Sequence record: KY499642.1
Direction: 5' to 3' (one strand)
Length of the DNA: 64,000 nt
The translations under genes and the position numbers were made by a program. Under the pieces are notes generated by a model. The model did no database searches and was not told the origin of the DNA. It was given only the letters and a program-made list of their open reading frames with translations. Positions 9,702 to 18,643 of this stretch are shown one piece after another (position 1 is the first letter of the stretch; every line of letters begins with the position of its first letter).

Positions 9702-10106
9702 ATGGATCTTTCATTAACGCGACTAAATCGTGGTCAAGTTCAAGTACAGGGTGAGTTCATCAATATCTCAATCTCAGACGAGGGATTCAACCAACGTCTA
9801 ATGGAATTGAAAGGCCGCCCTAAATCTGGTGACTACGTAATCCACTTACGCATTACCGATGGTGAGGGTAACGTCTCTGAACGTCTATACGCTATCGAAT
9901 CAAAATTCACGTACAAGTTCCTCAACCGCATCACTCTACAAAAGTCATTACAAAACGCATTCAAGCGTTATGGTGTAGAAGTGTTGAACGCAGGTCTGTA
10001 CTTCACCACATTCAATGCAGCGTATGTACACAAGACGTTAATCAGCATTGACAACCAAGCATCAAACGATAAAGAGCTGTACGTAAAGGAGCTTAGAGCA
10101 GCATGA
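9702..10106 (+). CDS. Hypothetical protein
   Basis: TAAGGAG RBS, 134 aa. Confidence 0.75.
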   Translation: MDLSLTRLNRGQVQVQGEFINISISDEGFNQRLMELKGRPKSGDYVIHLRITDGEGNVSERLYAIESKFTYKFLNRITLQKSLQNAFKRYGVEVLNAGLYFTTFNAAYVHKTLISIDNQASNDKELYVKELRAA

Positions 10107-10366
10107 TCATGCACTACTTTGAACTGGCATTAATCTTTGTACTCACCCTAGTAGTTTACTGGGAACTGTTTGAACTTAAGGGTCACGAATACGGCCCTGT
10201 CTTGACAGCATTACGAGTGCTGCCAGTTCTAATGATGCCCGTACTCGCAATGGCATATCTTGGTTGGTATGCCAATTCGAAAACCGAACGTAAGAAGTTT
10301 AAGATGCCAATGAACGTTGGCTTCTTCATTGTTATTGCAGCGTACTTCCTGTACTACTTTTATTAG
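10103..10366 (+). CDS. Small multi-pass membrane protein
   Basis: Three hydrophobic stretches. ATGA overlap with the upstream gene. Confidence 0.75.
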   Translation: MIMHYFELALIFVLTLVVYWELFELKGHEYGPVLTALRVLPVLMMPVLAMAYLGWYANSKTERKKFKMPMNVGFFIVIAAYFLYYFY

Positions 10367-10375
10367 GAGCTCATC

Positions 10376-10663
10376 ATGAAATATTTCAACCTCACCAGCG
10401 TCCCTGTAAGCGGCTATGAGATGGTTGCAGGTTTACCTAATGAACTAGGTGACCGACTAACCCAATACCTCTCACGTGGCGTTGAGAAGGATGCTGTAGG
10501 TCTTTCAGCATTAATGGATAGTGCAGGTATCAAAGGTTTCATCATTGACCCAGTACACACACCAGATACAACCAAACATATCTTACGTAAAGTAAGTCAA
10601 CTTCGCGGTAGCTGCGCAGCATTCTCAGTGAGTGCTGGTCAGTTAGTTCCTGCAAACCAGTAA
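10376..10663 (+). CDS. Hypothetical protein
   Basis: AGGAG RBS, 95 aa, followed by a terminator. Confidence 0.75.
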   Translation: MKYFNLTSVPVSGYEMVAGLPNELGDRLTQYLSRGVEKDAVGLSALMDSAGIKGFIIDPVHTPDTTKHILRKVSQLRGSCAAFSVSAGQLVPANQ

Positions 10664-10680
10664 CGTGAGTAGTACCTTTT

Positions 10681-10706
10681 GAGAGTCTTCGGACTCTCTT
10701 TTTTTT
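10681..10706 (+). terminator. Intrinsic terminator
   Basis: GAGAGTC-TTCG-GACTCTC followed by T8. Confidence 0.9.
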
Positions 10707-10785
10707 GTGTCGGCAAATAAAACTACAGGCGATGCTAGGAATTAACCTAGCAACCTGTCGGACATATAATACCCTACTAAGGCAA

Positions 10786-11100
10786 ATAAAAAAGGGGGTG
10801 TCGGTAGGTTTCCCTACCGACGTATGCCAGACAACGAGTAAGCAACAACCTTCGGTGGAAAGTTGGGGTGGGGCAGACTGCTGTTCGGTCAGTCCACTCC
10901 TCCAATCAATCGCCAAGTCTACATCACGTTAGGACCCACGTTGAAACACATCCGGCTAACACAGGAGGTGCCGCCACGTTCACAGTTGGCTAAGTAACCG
11001 TAAGCAGCATTTGCCGGAGGGCGATAGTTGTAAGAAATCTTTGGCTGGTTCGAACAGTTCCTTACAGAAGATACTACAGTCAGTAAAAAATTACCATTTA
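10786..11100. ncRNA. Candidate structured non-coding RNA (strand uncertain)
   Basis: No credible ORF. 9-bp stem at 10800-10821 (GAAA loop on minus strand), stem 10951-10956/11013-11018 enclosing inner hairpins, and stem GTAAG/CTTAC. Confidence 0.3.
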
Positions 11101-11104
11101 TACG

Positions 11105-12184
11105 GTGACAAATAAAAAGGCGATTTTGTTTTTCCCCCTTTAAGGTCCCCTCTTTCCTTTCCTTTTCTCTTTCCTTTTTCCCCTCTTTGGAAACACCCCT
11201 TTTACCTATCTCTTATCCTATCCTAACTCCCCCCTAAATCCCCCTTTTAGCGTCACTCCAGTCGCTTCGCTCCCAAGGAGTTCCTTGAATGCTGACATTA
11301 GATTAATGTCTCTATATTTTTTTACTGTACAAAAAGTGAACAGTTTTAAATTGAGTATAAAGTTTAAGAAAAATTTAAGGTTTAATTAATCTAAATATAA
11401 AAAGTATGTTTAATAGAAATAGATCTATTGATCCAAGAGATTGACTTGTTTCTCCGAGAGATTGTATGAGGGCGCGCGCCGCCCGACCCGTATAAGGAGA
11501 TAAGTGATGATACTGAAGTTTATATGCATGGATGAGATTAACGCCATCAGGATGGCTAAGAAGCTGCTCAAGCGCGGTAGACGAGTAGCGGTTTACAAAC
11601 GGATGGTGATATCAGAAATCGAAGGAGACGAATACGCGTTATTGCAATGTCAGTTCCGCGCGTACACGGACACGATCAATTCTTGGGATCTAAATTATCT
11701 TAAAGTGAATAACTTAATTTTTTGATCTAGATTAAGTGTTTTTCTTAGGTTAATGTATTTTTCTACGGAAGTATTCCTATTATATGTCTTCACTGGCTTC
11801 TGCTAGTGTGGATCTAAAGATCACAGGGCGGAGCCCTGGATCGCAGGAAGACGGACGGAGACCGACCGGGGGCGAGTAGACACCGGAGGTTGAAGGATTC
11901 GAGGGAGCCCCGAAGGCTCCCAGAGAAGTAGATAGATAAAGATAGATAAAAGAGAATAAAAAAAGAAAACATCCAGGATGGATGGAAAGAACTATGGAGC
12001 TTTAGAAAGTTTTAAACCTTTTTTTATTTGTTGAGACTAAGATATGAAATTAAATAAGATTTTGAAGAGTTTATTGATCGCATTTCCAGTTCTGTGTCCT
12101 GTGCCGCCCGCGCCACTGGTTACTTTTTATACAGAAGTGCATAGTGTACTAAAATAGTAAAATTTCTTTTTAAAAGGCCGTTAG
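11105..12184. other. Low-coding region with polypyrimidine/polypurine tracts and GC hairpins (candidate origin, pac site or terminus)
   Basis: Pyrimidine tract ~11125-11280, AT-rich block ~11315-11420, hairpins at 11470-11484, 11819-11842 and 11903-11921, purine tract ~11920-11970. Confidence 0.4.
11504..11725 (+). CDS. Small basic hypothetical protein
   Basis: TAAGGAG RBS before GTG. 73 aa containing KKLLKRGRR. The only credible ORF in the low-coding region. Confidence 0.55.
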   Translation: MMILKFICMDEINAIRMAKKLLKRGRRVAVYKRMVISEIEGDEYALLQCQFRAYTDTINSWDLNYLKVNNLIF

Positions 12185-12781
12185 ATGATTAAGACATTAC
12201 TGGCACTGGATATAGATGAAACACTCAACTCATTGTTAGACCATAAGCTGCTGTGTGATGCTGATGATGACGGTAGAGATGAACAATTATATCCATCCGA
12301 TTTTGAAGGCGTTCTTAAGTTTTGTAATATCACGAATGGTGGGAACTGTTCTGAGTTTAACTTAGGGATGTATGTGAATGTTGAACAGTTAAAAGCGTTC
12401 AATGAACTACGTGAAGAGTTTGATGCAGATGTCCTCGGCACCTCCAGTTGGTTTTGTGGTGGTCGGGATGATAGAAAGGTGGCTGGCTTTCTTGATATAC
12501 CCGATGAGAAGTTTATTGGGTCAGGTGATACGGGTGGTAGTGTAGGACGTTGTAAGTCCGTAGCTGAAGCGGTATTGGAAGGTGGTTACAACCGAGTGAT
12601 TGTGTTGGATGACCAGTACTTTGGTTGGGAGTTGTTTGGTTTGGATGCTCATCGTCCTCCTATTACTGGGGCTGAAGGGTTCAATGCTGAGTGTCAACGA
12701 ATTGCCAGAGAGATACAAGGCATTGAAATAGACCATGAAAAGCTCCGAGGGCTGTTGGAGCAATACCGTACCAAGCGGTAA
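12185..12781 (+). CDS. HAD-superfamily phosphatase (HAD_SAK_2 / RNA-repair-like type)
   Basis: Motif I LLALDIDETLN, motif II VLGTSSW, motif IV VIVLDD. Confidence 0.75.
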   Translation: MIKTLLALDIDETLNSLLDHKLLCDADDDGRDEQLYPSDFEGVLKFCNITNGGNCSEFNLGMYVNVEQLKAFNELREEFDADVLGTSSWFCGGRDDRKVAGFLDIPDEKFIGSGDTGGSVGRCKSVAEAVLEGGYNRVIVLDDQYFGWELFGLDAHRPPITGAEGFNAECQRIAREIQGIEIDHEKLRGLLEQYRTKR

Positions 12782-12826
12782 TTCTTTGTAGAGTGTATGT
12801 CAGACAACAATAACGGTGGAGCGTGA

Positions 12827-13252
12827 ATGGCACAGATAGTAACACTTACACCGAGTGAATTCATGTTAGCGGTGCATAACCAGAGCATTAGTCCAGCACA
12901 GTTGAGTAAGCGTGCAGGATTACCTACTCTGAAGATGCGTTCGTTTTATCAAGTTTCCGACGGTGAAGAAAACAAAGCAAATTTTGAAGTAGTGATTGGT
13001 GGTGTACGTCAGCCTAAGTTGACGATTATGCCAGAGGCGAGGATGTGGCATGAGCTGTTGAATATTTCAATAGCGGGACTTAACCGAGGGAAGACGTTTG
13101 AACAGACCCTGAAGTTAATGCTGGATGCTCACTACGGTCGATTCATTGATATTGATGATGAGTCTACGGTGGGGATTAAATCCCTCTTTGACCAAGTCTA
13201 CTACTTCCTACTTTATTTCGAATGCAGTGAGCGTAATGTAAGTTCACATTAG
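12827..13252 (+). CDS. Hypothetical protein, possible N-terminal helix-turn-helix
   Basis: GGAG RBS. ISPAQLSKRAGLP resembles a Cro/Xre recognition segment. Confidence 0.6.
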   Translation: MAQIVTLTPSEFMLAVHNQSISPAQLSKRAGLPTLKMRSFYQVSDGEENKANFEVVIGGVRQPKLTIMPEARMWHELLNISIAGLNRGKTFEQTLKLMLDAHYGRFIDIDDESTVGIKSLFDQVYYFLLYFECSERNVSSH

Positions 13253-13265
13253 TGAGGGAGGAAAT

Positions 13266-13727
13266 ATGTCAGTTAGTTTAATTGCTATACTCGCGGCAGA
13301 ACAGCCTGGGTACTATAGCCAGATTATCAGTGACCTCGACACGAATGATCCGCGCACGCAAGCAGTTAAGCGAGCGCTGGCACATTATCATGAAGGGGTT
13401 GTCGCTAAATACGAAGATGTGAACTTCAGCCGCTTTGGCTATATCACTGGTAATCTAGAAATAGATTGGAGTAAGTCGTTTGGTGAGATACCTGCCTGTA
13501 TGGTGGCGTTCTATTACGAGGCAGTACGTCGCTGTGTAGCAAATCGTGATAACTTCCAACATGCGGTGATGTTCTTGTTTGATAGACTGGGACATCGCAT
13601 TAAGCTGTATCAGGAACATTGTACCGAGCAAGAAATCAATGAATGGATACGTCAAGTCATCCATGATTTGTACATTGAATATGAGCAACGTCCAGAACCC
13701 ATTAATTTAATACATATGGATCTATGA
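13266..13727 (+). CDS. Hypothetical protein
   Basis: GAGGGAGG RBS, 153 aa, helical. Confidence 0.75.
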   Translation: MSVSLIAILAAEQPGYYSQIISDLDTNDPRTQAVKRALAHYHEGVVAKYEDVNFSRFGYITGNLEIDWSKSFGEIPACMVAFYYEAVRRCVANRDNFQHAVMFLFDRLGHRIKLYQEHCTEQEINEWIRQVIHDLYIEYEQRPEPINLIHMDL

Positions 13728-13801
13728 TGTGTAGGAATCGGGCTTGCACGCGGTTTCTGGGAATGATTTTAATAGGGGCTCTGATTATTTGCTCTTGGTA
13801 G
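13724..13801 (+). CDS. Putative 25-aa single-pass membrane peptide (absent from ORF track)
   Basis: ATGA overlap with the upstream stop. MMCRNRACTRFLGMILIGALIICSW*. Confidence 0.35.
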   Translation: MMCRNRACTRFLGMILIGALIICSW

Positions 13802-13848
13802 GGTTGATAGGTTTTATACTTGTCTTCCCTACCTCTCTTTTTTTATTT
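13797..13848 (+). terminator. Intrinsic terminator
   Basis: GGTAGGG...CCCTACC stem with an inner GATAGG/CTTGTC helix, followed by a T7 tract. Confidence 0.65.
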
Positions 13849-13863
13849 GTTTAAGGAAATAGC

Positions 13864-14565
13864 ATGAAACATTTACTGGCAGCCTTAGCGCTGCTGTTTG
13901 CCATGCAGGCAAACGCAATGGTGAAGTTATCGACCAGTGGTGGTATCTGCCACTCTGAAACCTCGCCCTACTATGACCGTATTGTGAACTACACGTCATA
14001 CCTGAATATGGAAACCTGCTCAGCGGAGTTAGGGTTCATGTTCGTTAAGAACTGCATTGATGATGGGAAATGTTACGACCCAGAGCCTGCACCTGACGGT
14101 TACGACCGTGAAAAGATGTTTGGTACATGGGATGACCCAGATGGCAACTGTTTGAATACACGCCATCAGCTACTGGCGATTACTTCTTACGATACGGTAG
14201 AGATTGAAGACTGTCGTGTTGTGTCAGGTAACTGGATATCACATTTCACCAACCTGACGATTACTGACCCGACTAAAATGGATATCGACCACATTGTACC
14301 TCTGTATCATGCATGGGCGCATGGGGCTGATAAGTGGACACAAGAGAAACGCGAAGCCTTTGCTACAGACACCGACAATTTGTGGCCTGTAGAGCTCTCT
14401 CTGAACCGAACGAAGTCTGACCGAGGGTTAGACTGGCTTCCGCCTAAGAACCAGTGTCAGTACATTCTGAAGTTCTTAAACATGGTTGAGAAGTATGACT
14501 TACTGTTCAGTGGGGAAGAACTCCAGTTCCATAAGAAGCAACGATTTGACTACTGTGGATTTTAA
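13864..14565 (+). CDS. Secreted HNH-family nuclease (DUF1524 / GmrSD C-terminal type)
   Basis: Sec signal peptide MKHLLAALALLFAMQANA. HNH core DIDHIVPLYHAW...NLWPVELSLNRTKSD. Several Cys that may form disulfides. Confidence 0.85.
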   Translation: MKHLLAALALLFAMQANAMVKLSTSGGICHSETSPYYDRIVNYTSYLNMETCSAELGFMFVKNCIDDGKCYDPEPAPDGYDREKMFGTWDDPDGNCLNTRHQLLAITSYDTVEIEDCRVVSGNWISHFTNLTITDPTKMDIDHIVPLYHAWAHGADKWTQEKREAFATDTDNLWPVELSLNRTKSDRGLDWLPPKNQCQYILKFLNMVEKYDLLFSGEELQFHKKQRFDYCGF

Positions 14566-14574
14566 GACACATAA

Positions 14575-14600
14575 AGAGAGGAGGCGTAAGCCCCCTCTCT
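14575..14600. terminator. Hairpin/terminator between convergent genes
   Basis: AGAGAGGAGGC-GTAA-GCCCCCTCTCT with one mismatch. Confidence 0.65.
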
Positions 14601-14612
14601 GATTTATGCGCT

Positions 14613-15428
14613 TTACACTTTAACTTTGCCAGCACGGAAGATATGCTTGTTCTTCCGAGCAGGGTCGTTGAGTAGTAAGATAGTGTGCCATTTCTGATCG
14701 AGTAGGTCTTGGTACATCTGATGATGATCACTCCATTGGTCTACAAACTCTTTGTATCGACCAAAGTCACGACCACCCTCTAGACGCGTTCTATCCAATC
14801 CTAACGACAGTTCACGGTACAGGTAAGCCTTACATGCCACATTCACCAATTCCGCAAAGTCTTGGTAGTATGGGCGTTTGATTTCAAGTAAGTCATCCGT
14901 GTAACCAACTCGACACTCTAACGTGATATCAACCGAGAAGTTTTGATAGTCATTGATTTTGACTACGTTATCTCCTAGCAGTTCAACTTCCGCGTTCGTA
15001 ATATTTGGAATAGGACGATGGGAAGCATTAACTGACTGAATGCTACGTTCGAACGGGGACACAGTGAAAGCCTGTGTGGATTGTCCGGGTACACGTTCAG
15101 AGTAGTTTGACGTAACGTTAAGTGACACGCGGTTAACTTGGACGATTTCTCGACCCAGAGTCATATGACGTGGAATTACATAGATACGGCTGTAGTCTTC
15201 CAGCTTCTCATACGCAAGTCCTGACAACGGGATTTCAAGAGCAACGCCACCAATCGAGTCTAAGTCCGGCTTAATGAGATTCGCAATCAATTCATCACGA
15301 ATTTCACTGTCAACAGACTTACGACGACGACCCCAACGCTGTTCTTTTTTTCTGAATCCGTCTTCTAAAATCTCTTTCGGAATGTCCGAGAATTTGAGAC
15401 GGTTCAGAGCATGCTCTATAGCGTTCAT
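14613..15428 (-). CDS. Conserved phiKZ-like protein, probably virion structural
   Basis: Start ATG 15428 (MNAIEHALNRL) with AAGGAGG RBS. Type recalled as conserved upstream of the polymerase block in chimalliviruses. Confidence 0.6.
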   Translation of the reverse strand: MNAIEHALNRLKFSDIPKEILEDGFRKKEQRWGRRRKSVDSEIRDELIANLIKPDLDSIGGVALEIPLSGLAYEKLEDYSRIYVIPRHMTLGREIVQVNRVSLNVTSNYSERVPGQSTQAFTVSPFERSIQSVNASHRPIPNITNAEVELLGDNVVKINDYQNFSVDITLECRVGYTDDLLEIKRPYYQDFAELVNVACKAYLYRELSLGLDRTRLEGGRDFGRYKEFVDQWSDHHQMYQDLLDQKWHTILLLNDPARKNKHIFRAGKVKV

Positions 15429-15535
15429 AGAACCCTCCTTCATCGCAGTCATAGCATGGCTTAAGCTTACGTAAATAATAACATAACAGCGATTCCTATA
15501 GGGGAGTTTGGCTATGAATAAAAGTATTGTCAGAC

Positions 15536-15551
15536 ATATTTCATCATAGTG
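15536..15551 (+). promoter_or_regulatory. Candidate early promoter motif driving the nine-gene array
   Basis: ATATTTCAT-CATA-GTG, 22 bp upstream of ATG 15573. Confidence 0.65.
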
Positions 15552-15572
15552 ATGAATCCTTGGAGATAATAA

Positions 15573-15926
15573 ATGCGACTTATAATTTTACAATTTGAAG
15601 TTGCACCTTTCTTAGACGAATATGAAAACAAATTTGGTGAATTACCAGATGGTTGCGAGATAAATGATTTTGCTGTAATGGTAATGCTTTCCATAATGCA
15701 TAGACATTGTATCTTGATGTTAACTGATGATGCTTTTCACACCTACGAGAAACGTGGGGTTGGATTTCGCAACATGGTGGATGACATCGTAGAGAACTTA
15801 GTCTTTGAGCCTGAACACTCTGCATTGTACCACATATCAGAATACGCTCGCACCTTCAGAGGTATACTAGCCATATCTAAAGTTCGTTTAAGAAGAAAAC
15901 GAACGTTTGAGGTGTACTGTGAATAA
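15573..15926 (+). CDS. Hypothetical protein, array member 1
   Basis: GGAG RBS. Pattern: N-terminal strand, helices, C-terminal strands. Confidence 0.7.
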   Translation: MRLIILQFEVAPFLDEYENKFGELPDGCEINDFAVMVMLSIMHRHCILMLTDDAFHTYEKRGVGFRNMVDDIVENLVFEPEHSALYHISEYARTFRGILAISKVRLRRKRTFEVYCE

Positions 15927-16593
15927 ATTTACATATAACATTGAACCATTCTACCAACAGGTTCGCGACTTTATCGCTAACCGTGCTGACCTGTTTACTG
16001 GTCTGGAAGAGATGTTTGATGATCCCGTCAACTTTGACCATGATCCGTCTAAACCACTATCGCTGTTTGAAGCGACAGAAAACCGCCGTGATATCACGGA
16101 GGAATATCTAGATAAGTTAGAGAGCTTCCAACGCGACCTGACTCAGGAACTCATTCATGCCGTTCTGTGTGAGTATTTCTACTCAATCCCAGAAGGGTAC
16201 GACAATCGTTTCTACATGCTAGGTAAACAGTCCATCAATCAGTGTCAGTATGCTGACGTGAAAACATGGTACAAGGTCTGTCGTGCGGCTGGACGACAAG
16301 ACGCGCATGTACTCCTGTTGGATGAAAACGAAAACGTTGAGGATAGCGTACCTATCGGAATCCGCAATGAAGACGTTCGCCGAATCTTCCACGAATTGTT
16401 TGTAGCATTCCTTTGTGAGCTACGACATGCCCTGCCTGATAACACATGGGCTACGGTAGATTTTAAGGTCAGTGGCAATACAATGACGCTAACCTTCGGT
16501 GAGGACTTAAGGCATGTTATCTTTGAACGTGAACACGGTACCGATAAATGGAAAGGGCCGTACTACCTTCCGACAGGAGAGATTATCGAATAG
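15919..16593 (+). CDS. Hypothetical protein, array member 2
   Basis: GAGG RBS and GTG 15919 overlapping the upstream stop. Acidic. Confidence 0.7.
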   Translation: MNKFTYNIEPFYQQVRDFIANRADLFTGLEEMFDDPVNFDHDPSKPLSLFEATENRRDITEEYLDKLESFQRDLTQELIHAVLCEYFYSIPEGYDNRFYMLGKQSINQCQYADVKTWYKVCRAAGRQDAHVLLLDENENVEDSVPIGIRNEDVRRIFHELFVAFLCELRHALPDNTWATVDFKVSGNTMTLTFGEDLRHVIFEREHGTDKWKGPYYLPTGEIIE

Positions 16594-16975
16594 TCGCGTA
16601 AGGTTAACAATTAAGGACATTTATTGTGGGGTTGAAGGCAAACTTGACGAGTTCGATTATCGTTACGATAGTACGGATGTTGAAGAGTTTGTCGCCTCAG
16701 TTTTGGACATGTATCTAGACACGGCTGACCGTGGATTTGGTAGAGCAGCTGTCGATATGATAGCAGCACACGAAATCTTTCTAGCACTCATGGAATCAAA
16801 AGACGCGAAGCGAGTATCGCGTACTCATTCACAACACGTAGTGCAGTTCATCTTGGCTGAATTGAACGACTACGTCAGAACGTTCGACATCGTTCGTGTG
16901 TATGACTACACCATTTACGGGACACAGTTGGTAATGGATTGTCTCCGTAGAATGCAGATAAGAGCTGTCGCTTAA
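16514..16975 (+). CDS. Hypothetical protein, array member 3
   Basis: 153 aa. Start uncertain (80-nt overlap with member 2). Confidence 0.6.
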   Translation: MLSLNVNTVPINGKGRTTFRQERLSNSRVRLTIKDIYCGVEGKLDEFDYRYDSTDVEEFVASVLDMYLDTADRGFGRAAVDMIAAHEIFLALMESKDAKRVSRTHSQHVVQFILAELNDYVRTFDIVRVYDYTIYGTQLVMDCLRRMQIRAVA

Positions 16976-16989
16976 CACAGGAGCTAATA

Positions 16990-17361
16990 ATGCACAAACG
17001 TAAACGCAGTGCGTATGTGTTTAATTTGAGTGTCTTACAGGACCTTAGTGAAGACCTCATGGAGTACGACATCTATGAGTGTTTTGGTGAAAATATTGAT
17101 AACTATGATTTCATCCGTACACTAATTAAGGCATCTCTATCAACACGCAATGAGTTAGAAGCACATCTTAAAGCAAGTATGTTCTTCTTCCAATACATCG
17201 ACAAGTCTGAACAGGATCATTGTCGCCGTTTAGTAAACGAAATCATGCAACTACCAGATTACGAGTATCTCATTGATATCATTCGTAACTCGGTGGGTAG
17301 TCGTGCGTATCGGTACCCGTCGGTTGAAGTTAAAGGTGAGAGATTGGTGGTGAAGGTGTAA
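16990..17361 (+). CDS. Hypothetical protein, array member 4
   Basis: AGGAG RBS. Ends in SVEVKGERLVVKV, a predicted beta-hairpin. Confidence 0.7.
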   Translation: MHKRKRSAYVFNLSVLQDLSEDLMEYDIYECFGENIDNYDFIRTLIKASLSTRNELEAHLKASMFFFQYIDKSEQDHCRRLVNEIMQLPDYEYLIDIIRNSVGSRAYRYPSVEVKGERLVVKV

Positions 17362-17768
17362 TGGATATTGTGGTTGGTATTGTGCCATATCACAGACGTC
17401 TAGCTTTAGCCATCGACGATTACTACGATGATATCGTTCAGGGTAATAGCACGACAACGGCTGTGAGGCGTGCAGATATATACACTATGTTAACGATCAT
17501 TATGAAAGTGTCAGTGGTTGACTATATGTCGGATATTGCATCAATGGCATCCGAGTCCATATACCAACACTTGAACCTTAAGTATGGGGCATCCATGCTT
17601 ATGATTTCACACATGGTCAATGAGATAATAGAATCTGACGAGTATAGGGAAATACGAAATCGGATTAACACTAGCGTTGCACAAACATCTGACCGACACT
17701 TAGGTGTCAATGATGTAACCCTTACTTGGAACATGAGTAAGGTTGTGATTAACGTTGCCAGACGATGA
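17361..17768 (+). CDS. Hypothetical protein, array member 5
   Basis: TAATG coupling. Ends in DVTLTWNMSKVVINV. Confidence 0.7.
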   Translation: MDIVVGIVPYHRRLALAIDDYYDDIVQGNSTTTAVRRADIYTMLTIIMKVSVVDYMSDIASMASESIYQHLNLKYGASMLMISHMVNEIIESDEYREIRNRINTSVAQTSDRHLGVNDVTLTWNMSKVVINVARR

Positions 17769-18255
17769 GGCGATTATGAGAGTAACGGTTCGTATACATG
17801 ATTTTAATGACTACTTTATGGAGCTTATTCCATTCAGTCAAGCGTTGGACAACACGCGTATTGTCCAGTGTCTAATTGATGACCTAAACGGTCTACTTAA
17901 TTTAAGTCAAGCGGTTGCCAGAGAGGAGCCTGTTGACTATCGAAAGATTTCAAATACGTTAGAGTACCTGACGAAAGACGCTGAGAATTTCATCAGTGAA
18001 GCTGGTATGGTTCACATGAAGAACGCTGTTGGTGACCTGATGAAAGTGTTCTTTGAAGAGCTTCGTGGGTACGCTCGTTGGACTAACATGCGTTTCCGCT
18101 ATGTTCGTCACCAAGAGTCAAGTTCTGGTTCGTGGACTATACGTATGGATGCTGAAGACCAATTTGATTACAATGATAGAGTTTGTGATCTTATGATGGA
18201 ATTGGCAGAACGATTACTGGAGCAATTCTGTGTTAAAGATGACCGTAGGTATTAG
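17755..18255 (+). CDS. Hypothetical protein, array member 6
   Basis: 166 aa. The true start may be the internal ATG (MRVTVRI) after GAGG. Confidence 0.7.
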   Translation: MPDDEAIMRVTVRIHDFNDYFMELIPFSQALDNTRIVQCLIDDLNGLLNLSQAVAREEPVDYRKISNTLEYLTKDAENFISEAGMVHMKNAVGDLMKVFFEELRGYARWTNMRFRYVRHQESSSGSWTIRMDAEDQFDYNDRVCDLMMELAERLLEQFCVKDDRRY

Positions 18256-18643
18256 CGGACTTCTAAGATTAATCGAACGCAAGCTGAAAAAGTTTCGCCT
18301 ACCTACAGGTGGGATTACCAGAAAAGAGGAGCAGCAGATAATGGAGCTGCTCATCTTGCGCTTTATTTGTCGTGACGATGCCCGCATTAGAAGACTGTCA
18401 TCACCAACTGTAATCCGTGTGTTTGATAAGCTTACCAAAGGCGATAATAACTCTTCAGGAGACTGGGAGTTGTTAGATGAGCTGCATTATTACGGTGAGT
18501 TGGTGGGTGATATGGTGATGAGATATTACGACTACGAAGGTGATGGAATTGGCTATAACTGTGAAGTACATTACAGCCTACGTAGACGAAGAATAAGCAT
18601 AGAGGGAACATCCGAATGTCTAAGAAGAAAATTAGGCAGGTAA
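18230..18643 (+). CDS. Hypothetical protein, array member 7
   Basis: 137 aa, overlapping both neighbours. Ends in CEVHYSLRRRRISIEG. Confidence 0.6.
   Translation: MLKMTVGISGLLRLIERKLKKFRLPTGGITRKEEQQIMELLILRFICRDDARIRRLSSPTVIRVFDKLTKGDNNSSGDWELLDELHYYGELVGDMVMRYYDYEGDGIGYNCEVHYSLRRRRISIEGTSECLRRKLGR

Noticed and set aside
10376-10390. ATGAAATATTTCA, containing the early-promoter core on the minus strand
   Set aside because: It is the start of a coding sequence (MKYF), lacks the N4-GTG element and has no downstream gene on that strand.
10542-10932. ORFs 10542..10916(-) and 10705..10932(+)
   Set aside because: They cross terminator and homopolymer tracts, lack a good RBS and have non-protein-like composition.
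11043-11059. GGCTG-GTTCGAA-CAGTT, resembling a tRNA T-arm
   Set aside because: The register is non-canonical and no acceptor, D or anticodon arms can be built, so it is not called a tRNA.
16626-16718. AAGGA followed by GTG opening a 30-aa out-of-frame ORF inside array member 3
   Set aside because: Short, fully nested and without recognisable features. It may instead signal that the member-3 start is mis-set.
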